A DNA stretch of 32,000 nucleotides from Candidatus Hermodarchaeota archaeon (GCA_048886185.1 JBHLKY010000001.1:240001-272000), one strand, 5' to 3'; counted from the first letter of the stretch, positions 9,540 to 19,067 are shown. Numbers and translations: made by a program. Notes: generated from the letters alone by a model not told the origin.

Positions 9540-10439
9540 ATGCCTCTTCTCTCAGTTAAAGTTTTTAATGGAAATAACATTGAATTGAATTCGACTGTGT
9601 CCATTTCAAGAGATCATCGAATTTATGAATTAATTCCACTTATTGGAAGATTAGCACGAGAAGCGATTCAAAAAGAACAGACTCATGGATTAATTATTAA
9701 TGATCAATTGATTGTTTTTTGTACCATTAATGATTTGATGCTGGTCTCAATTGCTACTCGCAATACTTCTTTTCAAAGAGTTGAATCATTTTTAAAGCTC
9801 CTTAGAGAATATCTAAGTAATCATCTTCAATCTTCCCAAGCCCTTGTATCCTCAAAAGATTTTCAAGATTTATGTAATTCAATAGTAAAAACTATTGATG
9901 ACTCAACTAAAGAAATAAAAATCTCTCTTCTCGGATTGGATCGTTCAGGAAAAACTACTTTTCTTAATTTCCTAAGGGAAGAACAACCTCTAACTGGGTT
10001 CGAATCTTATAAGCCAACACAACTCCTTGATATAATTAGAATCGATTCCATAAGTAATCTACCCCAAATCCAGTTTATTGATCTTGGGTATGCTTTTCGA
10101 CAGCATTGGTGGAGATTTAGTAATGAATCTGATGCATATATTTTTTTTGTAGATAGCTCCGATTCAAATCGAATAAAGAAGTCTCAGGAGTTATTCAAGG
10201 AAATTCGTAACTTCTGGGATCGTCCTTTTGTAATTGCAGCTAATATGCGTGATGTAAGCAAAATTGTTAACATTAGGAAATATCTTGCCCGTAAGTTTAG
10301 TATTTCAAGCAAGAAAATCTATGAAACGAACACTTGGACTGGGGATGGCATTTTTCCTCTTCTTGAAGGATTAATTACAGAAGAGATGCGAAAAATTCAA
10401 ATTGCACCTATAATCCATTCAAATAAACGTGAGACATAG
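9540..10439 (+). CDS. N-terminal longin-like domain fused to an Arf-like small GTPase with degenerate G3/G4 motifs
   Basis: GLDRSGKTT (G1), KPT (G2), FIDLGYAFRQHW (G3 region), YIFFVDSSDSNRI, AANMRD (G4), TGDGI. The ~120-aa N-terminus has a beta-beta-alpha-beta-beta-beta-alpha-alpha-like pattern; the longin assignment is inferred. Confidence 0.75.
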   Translation: MPLLSVKVFNGNNIELNSTVSISRDHRIYELIPLIGRLAREAIQKEQTHGLIINDQLIVFCTINDLMLVSIATRNTSFQRVESFLKLLREYLSNHLQSSQALVSSKDFQDLCNSIVKTIDDSTKEIKISLLGLDRSGKTTFLNFLREEQPLTGFESYKPTQLLDIIRIDSISNLPQIQFIDLGYAFRQHWWRFSNESDAYIFFVDSSDSNRIKKSQELFKEIRNFWDRPFVIAANMRDVSKIVNIRKYLARKFSISSKKIYETNTWTGDGIFPLLEGLITEEMRKIQIAPIIHSNKRET

Positions 10440-10486
10440 TTCATCTTTTACTCTGTGCAATATTAGCTGATAAACATCCTTTAAGT

Positions 10487-11383
10487 CTAAAATCCTAAGA
10501 AAGGAGATAGAAGAATCCCTAATAAGACCATAATATAAATCGAAATTAGACTAACAATTCCGGCACGTTCCATACGGGCAAAGAATTGAACTGATATTGC
10601 GCGAGTAGATAATAGAATGACCCATAGTTGCAAAATAATGGCTAGTGCTAATGGAAGGAAAGATTGAGATAAATCGAAGACATCAATTACTACTAAAAGA
10701 GGAAAGAGTCCTAAAGGTAATATTGATACGCCTAAAAAGACAGCCATTGTCATAACATCTTCTAGGGATAAGTACTTTTTCCGTAAGAGATACTTAGAAA
10801 GAACTAATACTAAGAATGTGAAAACAAACCAAGATAGCAATATACTTCCCAAGCTTATCAAAATATTCTTGTTCGGATTTACATCAGAATAAAACACAAA
10901 AACTAGTACTAAATCGGCTTGAGCGGTGAAAAAGGCAAATAATAAAAAAAAGAGTATTTGCCAGCCAATGAACAACACAATGGATTTCTTTACGAAGAAG
11001 AAAAATCTGGGAGGGGCTAAAATTTTCCAGATTAACGAAAAAGGATATTTCTGGATAAAATCACTTTGTGTAATGAACTGGTTTCGATCTTGACTTGATG
11101 TTAATAAATTATGAGCAAACCATCCCCGTTCAGAAAGCATCCATGATTTGGATCCCTCATCTTGAGTAATTAAATCTCCTAAAAGGTTAATGTGGTGATA
11201 GATCGTCCCAACTTGAACAGGTTTATTACGGGTTTTACTCTTATTTAACTCATTCTGAAGACTAGTAAATCCTATATCTTCAAATTCTTGGTGTTCTGCA
11301 AGAATGATAATTATATCTTGTCTTAGCGGATGAGAAAGTGCCTTGAAAATTTCGGTAAGGTTCTCATCTGCCTGTTTCGACAT
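10487..11383 (-). CDS. Winged helix-turn-helix (ArsR-like) protein fused to a 5-6 TM membrane domain
   Basis: ALSHPLRQDII...GFTSLQNEL...GTIYHHINLLGDLI...WMLSERG is a wHTH signature. The C-terminal ~160 aa are hydrophobic helices. Confidence 0.75.
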   Translation of the reverse strand: MSKQADENLTEIFKALSHPLRQDIIIILAEHQEFEDIGFTSLQNELNKSKTRNKPVQVGTIYHHINLLGDLITQDEGSKSWMLSERGWFAHNLLTSSQDRNQFITQSDFIQKYPFSLIWKILAPPRFFFFVKKSIVLFIGWQILFFLLFAFFTAQADLVLVFVFYSDVNPNKNILISLGSILLSWFVFTFLVLVLSKYLLRKKYLSLEDVMTMAVFLGVSILPLGLFPLLVVIDVFDLSQSFLPLALAIILQLWVILLSTRAISVQFFARMERAGIVSLISIYIMVLLGILLSPFLGF

Positions 11384-11510
11384 TGCGATTTAGGAGTAAA
11401 CTCTAATCCTTTAAAAAGATGTTTTTTCTTTTTAGAAATAAATTTAATATCAAAAAAAAGAAAATGGTAAAATAAAAAAAGGGGATGAGAGAGGAAATAA
11501 TTGGAATCCC

Positions 11511-14500
11511 CTATTTTCTACTCCTTCGAAATTCCCGAACAGTCAACACGAGAATCGGAATGGCTAACACGACAATCATGAGCCTCATATTCTCATGTAT
11601 GAAGCTTGTCAGGGTTGTGAAGCCATTCACACCACTTGGTTCTCCTGATGTTGGAGGTCCAGATGTGCTGGAAGGTACGGTTGTTGATGGTTCTATTGGT
11701 ACGATCGCTGCATAAGCGGAGAGGAGAGAAGAGTCGCTGTACGATGTCCAACTAGAAGCACTGGAAGTAGTACTCTGTATTCTAAATCTCGTAACAAAAG
11801 AATCTATGTGCATTCTGGTGTTGAATGCCATAGCAACTGCTAAAGGACTGCCTTCTCCGCTTTCTTCACTAGCTCCTTCCATACCTGATGCACCAGCCAT
11901 CGGATAGCGGCTACTATATTCTACAGAGACGGGTGGTACTATTAAGGAGTCTGCATCTGTTACTGTAAGTTTGTAATAGAATATAATAGTAGCTCCAGGA
12001 GCAAGGTGCAATCCTTCAATAGCTGCGATAGTAATAGGCCAATCTGGGTGATCTAAAGCAAAACCTTTGTCATAGGTTTCTGGATCTATTGTATTACCTG
12101 AAATATCCGTGACTTTGTAATTGTAACCATTATAATAATCAGCGTATGGATCAATACTAGCCATCCTCGTAGGGAAATAGCTATATAGTTTGATGGTTGT
12201 AGCCTCGTCTCCAAGGTTTTTTACTTCAGTTCTAATTTCGATGAGATCCCCATTCTCGATGTAATCCCCATTTTCATCAGTCCAAGAAACTGATACATTA
12301 ACAATAGGTGTTGGATAGCTTGGTTCGTCTTCTCCAGCTTTATCGTCCTTTGGTAAAACAACACCTAGTATGAGGTTAGAAACAAGTCCTGTAATTTCTG
12401 TTCGATTGAAGACACCTCCATAACCTTCATCTTCTTCAGTTGTATATACAAGGCCTACTGTGACTGGATGAATGCCAAGGAATGTAGATACATTCCGAAT
12501 GAAGGTGTGAGTTTCTATACCTCCAGCATCGATATTATTTATGGGGATAACTTCAGAAAAGTTATATACATCTCTCAGTTGCCAATCGGGGCCTAGTTGA
12601 GCATGGTACCCCTGAATGAAGATGTTTGTGGCATTTGCATCACCTATGTTTTTAATTGTAACATCGATCTGAGCAACATCATCAATTTTATAGATTGACG
12701 AGTTTAATGATACTGTTGCTTTTAATATCGCCTCTAAATCATAAAGTTGGACAACAAGGCCATTTGACCAACCAAAATACTCACGCTCAGCACTGTCAGA
12801 ATATCGAAACATTACTCCTGGTAGGAATTCGGGATTTCCTATCAAAGATGGGTGGCGTAAATCTTCTCCTTTTGAGAGGGCTTCTTGAACAACATAATCT
12901 ACTAGATTATTTCCAACACCATATGCACTAGTGTTATCAAAAAAAGTCACATTAAACTCATATGGAGTTGATGTCATATCCACCTGTGCATCCCATCCGA
13001 GAACGAGGAATGTATCATCTATTCCAGGAAGTTCACCAATTGACCACCAAAAAGTCTCAGCTGAACCATTTACTAGTTCCGGAATCGTTCCATTCAAGGC
13101 GAAATTTCCATTCTGTAAAGTTGTCTCTTGTAGATTGCTAGAATAATTGAACTCAAAGAAAGATTTATTGATATAAACAACCTTCATTGATTCCTCAAGA
13201 TCAACATCGAACACTTGGTTTGTTTCATTCCAATATGTAACTGGCTGAACGACAGTACCATTCTTATAAGTAAACCACCCCTCGATAAGGAGGTTAACTG
13301 GCCAAGTAGCATTCCAAGAAGGAAGATCTTCCAAAGTTCCAGTGAAATAATTGTAATATTTTTGAATGGTAGCGTTGAATTCGTATAAATCTGAATTAAA
13401 GATTGAAATGTTTATTGATTCGGGTTTTCCTTGAAGATCCCAAGCAAAGGATACATCATACGCGTTTTCATTTCCAGTATTATTCAGTTCTATTGTATAA
13501 TTCAACATTGGATCTGTAAGTGAGTGTAATGCCTGAACATCTACTGACACATCTCCAGCAATCTGAGGAAAGGTCGTTAGTTCTTCAACATTCATATCAT
13601 AGGTCACATAAATGTCTTCATAAGGTCCATTGACCCAAGGGCCAAATTTCAATGTCCATTCAAACTGACCTGTAAGTTCTGGATACAGATTGTTCGTATC
13701 AGGGTATAAATCATAGACATTTGCTATATATGGAAGTTTAAAATTAATGTGACTGATAGAACTATTTTCTGCAGGTGTAATATCGCCCGTGAGTCCAAAT
13801 GCTGATTCAATAGACATATTGTGAACCCCATTCTCATCGATATCTATTCCGTTTTCTAAAATGAAAGCTGTGACAGCTAGAGGAATAAAATTACCAAGTT
13901 CATTTTTGATCAGGCCAGTTCCAACCACTGATACTGGAGCTGATGAAAGTACGTCCCTTGTTATAAAACTAGTAAAACCTTCTTGACTTAAGACATCGTA
14001 GAACTGGGTAGTGATAAAATCAGAGTGGTTCTGAGCTGACATATAACCCCAGTAGAAAAGGGTAGTTACACCTCCAATTTCAACACCATAAAGTATATCT
14101 AGTGTTGTACCCATCCACGTATTCAAAGCTGGAATAATTTCTGATGCATCATCAAGAGCAGCTTGCATTCCTTGTGAGAATTGAAATAGTATGGTTGCAC
14201 CATCACGAAATTCCCAGATTGATCTAGGCCAATAGTCACGCCAGTTTGCTTGATTGGAGCTAATGATGTAAATGAGATCAAGTTCATCAAAAGAGCTATC
14301 AGAGGGATTTAATGGGAAATTTTTCTTACCACTTAATTGATAGTATTGAGCGATAAGAGCATTATCTTCAGCAGCGATTAGTTCAAGTGCTTCAATGAAT
14401 GGATCCTCACCTACAACGGTGTCTGTCAGGATCTTTTTGGGTACAGGCGGAGTCGCTACAGTGATACCTGATTGACTCATCAGTATGAGAGTAATAAGCA

Positions 14501-14540
14501 TCACATTAACAGCTAAAAGCTGAATTCTTTTTTGATTCAT
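11511..14540 (-). CDS. Secreted, C-terminally anchored surface (S-layer-like) glycoprotein with three CARDB/DUF11-like Ig domains
   Basis: Signal peptide MNQKRIQLLAVNVMLITLILMSQS (ATG 14540; ORF open to 14618). Ig signatures are YTIELNNTGNENAYDV, DVTIKNIGDANATNI and RTEVKNLGDEATTI. Many N-x-S/T sequons, a Ser/Thr/Pro linker, a TM helix and a basic RRSRK tail. Confidence 0.8.
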   Translation of the reverse strand: MNQKRIQLLAVNVMLITLILMSQSGITVATPPVPKKILTDTVVGEDPFIEALELIAAEDNALIAQYYQLSGKKNFPLNPSDSSFDELDLIYIISSNQANWRDYWPRSIWEFRDGATILFQFSQGMQAALDDASEIIPALNTWMGTTLDILYGVEIGGVTTLFYWGYMSAQNHSDFITTQFYDVLSQEGFTSFITRDVLSSAPVSVVGTGLIKNELGNFIPLAVTAFILENGIDIDENGVHNMSIESAFGLTGDITPAENSSISHINFKLPYIANVYDLYPDTNNLYPELTGQFEWTLKFGPWVNGPYEDIYVTYDMNVEELTTFPQIAGDVSVDVQALHSLTDPMLNYTIELNNTGNENAYDVSFAWDLQGKPESINISIFNSDLYEFNATIQKYYNYFTGTLEDLPSWNATWPVNLLIEGWFTYKNGTVVQPVTYWNETNQVFDVDLEESMKVVYINKSFFEFNYSSNLQETTLQNGNFALNGTIPELVNGSAETFWWSIGELPGIDDTFLVLGWDAQVDMTSTPYEFNVTFFDNTSAYGVGNNLVDYVVQEALSKGEDLRHPSLIGNPEFLPGVMFRYSDSAEREYFGWSNGLVVQLYDLEAILKATVSLNSSIYKIDDVAQIDVTIKNIGDANATNIFIQGYHAQLGPDWQLRDVYNFSEVIPINNIDAGGIETHTFIRNVSTFLGIHPVTVGLVYTTEEDEGYGGVFNRTEITGLVSNLILGVVLPKDDKAGEDEPSYPTPIVNVSVSWTDENGDYIENGDLIEIRTEVKNLGDEATTIKLYSYFPTRMASIDPYADYYNGYNYKVTDISGNTIDPETYDKGFALDHPDWPITIAAIEGLHLAPGATIIFYYKLTVTDADSLIVPPVSVEYSSRYPMAGASGMEGASEESGEGSPLAVAMAFNTRMHIDSFVTRFRIQSTTSSASSWTSYSDSSLLSAYAAIVPIEPSTTVPSSTSGPPTSGEPSGVNGFTTLTSFIHENMRLMIVVLAIPILVLTVREFRRSRK

Positions 14541-14870
14541 GTTTAATCTCCTATTAAACTCTAATTTTTTAGTTTTGATAAAATAAAAGAAGCAACTTGC
14601 TTTTAAGTTGTAATTCATATTGATTATCCCTCTCTTTTAAGGGCTCTTTTATAGAATTATAGAAAAGACTTATTCTAGTTCTCTTGAATAATCTTCGTGA
14701 GTTCTTAGTTTTCAAGAAAATCTTATATGATAATTGATTTGTATTGTTTATATTTCAAAATGATAAATTTCAACATCATCTCCCGATATTATTATCAATG
14801 AATAAATATCTGGAAGTAGAATACTATATTGTTTTGAATGATTAACTCAACTTATTGTGTGGTAGATATC

Positions 14871-16187
14871 ATGGTAATTAATCTGGAAGAATGGAAAATC
14901 ATATTTAAATCTTTGAATTTTTTTATAGGATCCTGTTTTCTTCTGATACTTTGCCTTCTGTTATTCATTCAGGAAACCATTCTTATCGGGGGAGAATTTC
15001 TTTTTGGTTTGATATTCATTTTTGTGCTTGGGGGATTTTTTGTGTATATATTTATCCCTGAATTAGTCGTGCTAAATCAGAGATTCCTAAATACGCCAAA
15101 GCGACAGATCATCCCTCCATTTTGTGTGTTTACCATTTTTATGATTTTTCATGTTATTGTCCCAACTTCAGCTGATCTATTAATTAATATTATCCAGATT
15201 GTCTCTGGATTCATTTTTATTCTGACTCCTAGCATTCTTTACATGATATTCCATGAAAAAACAAAGAGAGGATTGTCTTGCATCGATGTTGTTGCAGGAT
15301 TATGGGTATGGATCCCAATAGAGTTTGGGATTGCTGATGATTTTCTAGGACTAGTTGAGCTGGGAAAAATACCCTTTGATACATTATTAGCTTTATTTGC
15401 ATTCATTTACGCACTTATCTTTGTTCGTCATCATGACATGGGATTATCTTTTACTTTTTCAAAGGATGATTTATTCATCGTTATTCTAGCTATTGGAACA
15501 CTTTTAATTGTTATTGCTCCCATTGGTATGCTTTCTTACTTTTTAGCTCCTCCACGTTTGATAGTTCAAAATATTGAGAAAATTATATCAGAGATCCCAG
15601 GATCATTGATTGAAATCATCTTCACCTTTATATTAATATTTCTAGGGACAGCGTTAATTGAAGAATTGTTTTTCCGAGGTTTTGTCTTCAAGCTACTCGT
15701 ACAGAAATTTGAGGAAAAAGATCTCTCTAGTAATTGGTGGTATGGAGGAATCGTAGGTCTGGCTGGGTTGATCACCATAACGCCCTGGATTGAGTATATC
15801 CTTCAGAGTCTAAGTTGGATTCCATTATTTTCTCTTTTAAAAGACATTGTGGGTTCAATGGCTAAACCTTTAGGTAATTTTGAAGGAAAAGCTTGGCCTC
15901 TTGTTCAATCCATCCCCTTAGAGGTGTTATATTTAATAGTTGCACTCATTCTTGCCTTTTTTGCTATAATTTTGATCAATGAAACTCATGATTCTCTTGT
16001 TGCAGCGTTAGTTTTAAGTTCAATTCTGTTTGGTTGGGCCCATTTCGAAGATCCCAGATATATTTTATTTGCCAGCCTTGCTGGATTACTTTATGGTTGG
16101 ACTTATTGGAAAACACAGAAAATAGTGCCTGCAGCCTTAGTTCATACCACAGTTAATACAGTTTGGGGAATCTTATTTAGTTTTTAA
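14871..16187 (+). CDS. CPBP family (CAAX/Rce1/Abi-type) intramembrane glutamic endopeptidase
   Basis: EELFFRG, LFGWAH and HTTVN motifs in a polytopic membrane protein. The ORF is open from 14838. Confidence 0.88.
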   Translation: MVINLEEWKIIFKSLNFFIGSCFLLILCLLLFIQETILIGGEFLFGLIFIFVLGGFFVYIFIPELVVLNQRFLNTPKRQIIPPFCVFTIFMIFHVIVPTSADLLINIIQIVSGFIFILTPSILYMIFHEKTKRGLSCIDVVAGLWVWIPIEFGIADDFLGLVELGKIPFDTLLALFAFIYALIFVRHHDMGLSFTFSKDDLFIVILAIGTLLIVIAPIGMLSYFLAPPRLIVQNIEKIISEIPGSLIEIIFTFILIFLGTALIEELFFRGFVFKLLVQKFEEKDLSSNWWYGGIVGLAGLITITPWIEYILQSLSWIPLFSLLKDIVGSMAKPLGNFEGKAWPLVQSIPLEVLYLIVALILAFFAIILINETHDSLVAALVLSSILFGWAHFEDPRYILFASLAGLLYGWTYWKTQKIVPAALVHTTVNTVWGILFSF

Positions 16188-16213
16188 GGTTTTAAAAACC
16201 AATCTGAGATTGT

Positions 16214-16996
16214 TTAGCTTATTAATTCCTTTATAATAGGGATTAGTTCAGTAAGATTTTGAATGATTTTAATTTGTTCTTCTAGAGTATTTTTCATCGA
16301 ATAAATTTTCTTTCGCTTAACCAATATAAACCTCATTCCAAATTTAAGAGCAAGATTTGCTTCTTCAATAGAATCTCCAACGAAAATCGTTCTTTCTGGG
16401 ACTGTGTTGATAATTTGAAGCATTTGCTTAAAATATTTCCCTGATTCTGCCTTTTTTGGTGCTTTTACAGTGTCATAACCTATTAATTCTTGAAAAAAAT
16501 CCGATAAATTGTGGAGATCAACAGCACCTCTAACATGCTTACAAGATGCAGATGAAGCAATATGCATACGTAGATCAGTTATCTTAGCTAGTTCCTTAAG
16601 CACTGTATTGACTTCAGGGTAAAGAATCGGATAAATACCATTAGCTAGAGCTTCATATTCCACTAATGATGTTTTCAGCAAGGGCTTAACTGTGCTTTTA
16701 TGCTCTGATGGTACAAAATTTAAAATGAATTCTTCCCATTTGACATCTATTGCTTTATAGTCTGTCATAAAGGCTTCTGAATCAAAATTTATTTCTTCAA
16801 AATTATTGAAAAGGTGTGTAATATCAGTAATCCAATTTTCAAATGCAATTTCATGAATTTCATTAATTTTTTCGCGTTTTATGCCTGTGGGTGTCAAAAT
16901 TTTCTCTAAATAATTCCCATAATTCTTGTTTACAGCACGAACATCCACTAGGACTCCGTGTAAGTCAAAAATTAGATCCCATTTAGAAGTAGGCAA
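16214..16996 (-). CDS. HAD superfamily hydrolase with non-canonical motif I
   Basis: LIFDLHGVLVD (motif I), IASSA (II), K in APKK (III), FVGDSIEE (IV). TTG start. Confidence 0.82.
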   Translation of the reverse strand: MPTSKWDLIFDLHGVLVDVRAVNKNYGNYLEKILTPTGIKREKINEIHEIAFENWITDITHLFNNFEEINFDSEAFMTDYKAIDVKWEEFILNFVPSEHKSTVKPLLKTSLVEYEALANGIYPILYPEVNTVLKELAKITDLRMHIASSASCKHVRGAVDLHNLSDFFQELIGYDTVKAPKKAESGKYFKQMLQIINTVPERTIFVGDSIEEANLALKFGMRFILVKRKKIYSMKNTLEEQIKIIQNLTELIPIIKELIS

Positions 16997-17069
16997 CGTC
17001 CATCAGGAGAGGTTATATATTCAATTTCTTTATTATTCTTAATTCTATTAAGCTGAAATATTCTAAGTA

Positions 17070-17204
17070 TTAATACAGCTTTTCTCCACATTTAGGACAA
17101 TATTTCACGATATACGTTAATTCATTGCTACAGTATTTACAACGGGGACTCTGTGAATCCTTCCTTTTAGAAGAATTTGTATTTTCATCTAATTCTTCAG
17201 TCAT
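17070..17204 (-). CDS. 44-aa zinc-ribbon (CPxCG-type) microprotein
   Basis: Below the ORF-track cutoff. ATG at 17204 to TAA at 17070 gives MTEELDENTNSSKRKDSQSPRCKYCSNELTYIVKYCPKCGEKLY (CxxC-x10-CPKCG). It is codirectional with, and just upstream of, the HAD gene. Confidence 0.75.
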   Translation of the reverse strand: MTEELDENTNSSKRKDSQSPRCKYCSNELTYIVKYCPKCGEKLY

Positions 17205-17260
17205 GATGGAATTCCCCGATACTCAATCTTAACTCGTAAGAATTAATCTTCAGTCTTTCT

Positions 17261-17274
17261 TAATAAGGTTTTGA
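17261..17274 (+). promoter_or_regulatory. 14-bp motif TAATAAGGTTTTGA upstream of small membrane protein paralog A
   Basis: The identical 14-mer occurs upstream of paralog B at 20969-20982. Confidence 0.35.
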
Positions 17275-17341
17275 AATTCATAAAGCTTGTGGTAACGAAC
17301 AATATTCTTATAATGTGAAATTGAACAAATAGCATAGGAGA

Positions 17342-17641
17342 ATGGAAATGTTTTCAATAAGAAAGAAATTGGATGAATTGGATGTTACTTGGAAAATTGC
17401 TTTCAGAAAAACATTACTTGTATTTGGATGTTTTATCGGCTGGTTATGTGTTTATATCATAGTAATGTTTGGATTGACTCTCCCTCTAAGCCTACTTCCG
17501 CAAGAGGTGTTGTTTACTCAAATTGTTTATTATTTTGTCTCCTTTGGTTCTTATTTTCTACTATTTTTTGGATTCTTCGTTGGTTTGTTCAAAGCCCTAA
17601 TTGACATATCAATACTCACAAAAACAGAATTGCTCCCTTAA
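17342..17641 (+). CDS. Small two-TM membrane protein of unknown function (paralog A)
   Basis: Two hydrophobic helices. Its termini (KKLDELDVTWKIAFRKT, FKALIDISILTK) match the 21087-21386 product. Confidence 0.8.
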   Translation: MEMFSIRKKLDELDVTWKIAFRKTLLVFGCFIGWLCVYIIVMFGLTLPLSLLPQEVLFTQIVYYFVSFGSYFLLFFGFFVGLFKALIDISILTKTELLP

Positions 17642-17678
17642 TTATGAATGTTCCTAGTATGAAAAGTGAGAGATTATC

Positions 17679-18200
17679 TTGAGTTTTCAATTAGAAAAGC
17701 AAAAAAAAATAGTTTTGGAGAATTTTCGTGAGTCTCCTAGTTTTCAAATATTATTTATTTGTTCTGGTAATATTATCAGAAGTCCTTACGCCCATTTACT
17801 TTTTGAACACCTTATTCAAGGAGAACCTGAGCTAGAAAAGATTCGAATAGAATCAGGAGGAGTGACATACAGGAATGATTCTATCTCGTGGGAATCTCGA
17901 GACCTACTGTTAAAAGAAGGTGTTTCCATAGAGAGAATTGCCAAATTCATTCCCCGATATGCTCTGGATTATCCAGAAATGTTCCAACAAGCAGATCTTG
18001 TTCTTGTTATGGAGAAAAACCATTATCAAAAAATCCCCCAAAAGATCAGAGAGAAGTCATTTCTCTTACTTGAATTCACAATGGGGATTTCTGAAAATAT
18101 ACCTGATCCATATTTCGATCCTCCATATGAACGTTCTTTTCAAATGATAAATGAAGCTTTAGTTAAATTAAAAGAATTTTTTAAAGAATATTCAAAGTAA
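17679..18200 (+). CDS. Low-molecular-weight protein phosphatase (LMW-PTP fold)
   Basis: ILFICSGNIIRSP P-loop, IESGG, ADLVLVME, IPDPYF. TTG start. Confidence 0.85.
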   Translation: MSFQLEKQKKIVLENFRESPSFQILFICSGNIIRSPYAHLLFEHLIQGEPELEKIRIESGGVTYRNDSISWESRDLLLKEGVSIERIAKFIPRYALDYPEMFQQADLVLVMEKNHYQKIPQKIREKSFLLLEFTMGISENIPDPYFDPPYERSFQMINEALVKLKEFFKEYSK

Positions 18201-18208
18201 AATTACGA

Positions 18209-19033
18209 TTAACTAGTATCTAGCGTTATTTTACTAGTTATTTCCTTTGGTAAAGCGAAGAATCCCGTTAATATCAGAGCTAAGGAAACAAGAAATAGAT
18301 CAAACCAAATAAAGTAAATATACCTTAGTTCTGAGAAATGCCATGGTGCCCATGCTGCATATGTCAATGCTAACAGGGAAAATCCCATTGTTAGCATCCA
18401 AGCTGATGAAAGCTTGAGATTTTTCCCGTAAGAGTAGAAAAGGTATGCAATCAATATTGAAACTGGGATAAATTCACCAAATAGAAATCCATACATAGTT
18501 AGTTCAATGGAGTTAACATCCACAAAAATTACTAGGCGTATAAAGAACCAAGATTCTCCAGCCAAAAAAACTATCAACGCTGGAACATAAATAGACTTGT
18601 TATCCTCTGTAAATAACATCAATGTGCCTATCATCATTCCTGTGACCCATAAAATCATTGGATTCCGCCATAAAAGGAAAAAAATGGGATCCTCCATATT
18701 AGCAAAATCTAAGCCTAGAGATTGTAAGCACATCCCAATGAATGTAACACTAAAGAGTAAAAAGGAGACTCCCCAATATAATTGGTACATGTTTTCTTTT
18801 CGTGGAGGTGGTTTTAACTGGTACCGATAAATGAGATAACCTCCAATTGCTATTAATAAAATAAAAGCAGAAAAGGAAGGTCCAAAGAGAGTATAACGTT
18901 CTGTGAGTAACGGAATTTCAAATCCTTTTGGCATTGTAAAGACTGTGACCGCTGAGAGAATGTAGATGATGGTTATCAGTATTATAAATGCAGTATGTTT
19001 TTTAAAAAGCTCCTTAATGTTTTCTATCAACAT
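18209..19033 (-). CDS. Hypothetical integral membrane protein (~8 TM)
   Basis: About eight hydrophobic segments and no recognised motif. The ORF is open to 19063; ATG at 19033. It lies directly downstream of the TIM-barrel gene. Confidence 0.7.
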   Translation of the reverse strand: MLIENIKELFKKHTAFIILITIIYILSAVTVFTMPKGFEIPLLTERYTLFGPSFSAFILLIAIGGYLIYRYQLKPPPRKENMYQLYWGVSFLLFSVTFIGMCLQSLGLDFANMEDPIFFLLWRNPMILWVTGMMIGTLMLFTEDNKSIYVPALIVFLAGESWFFIRLVIFVDVNSIELTMYGFLFGEFIPVSILIAYLFYSYGKNLKLSSAWMLTMGFSLLALTYAAWAPWHFSELRYIYFIWFDLFLVSLALILTGFFALPKEITSKITLDTS

Positions 19034-19067
19034 TTTCACTTTTCTCTTTCCTTTGAATATCAATCTA

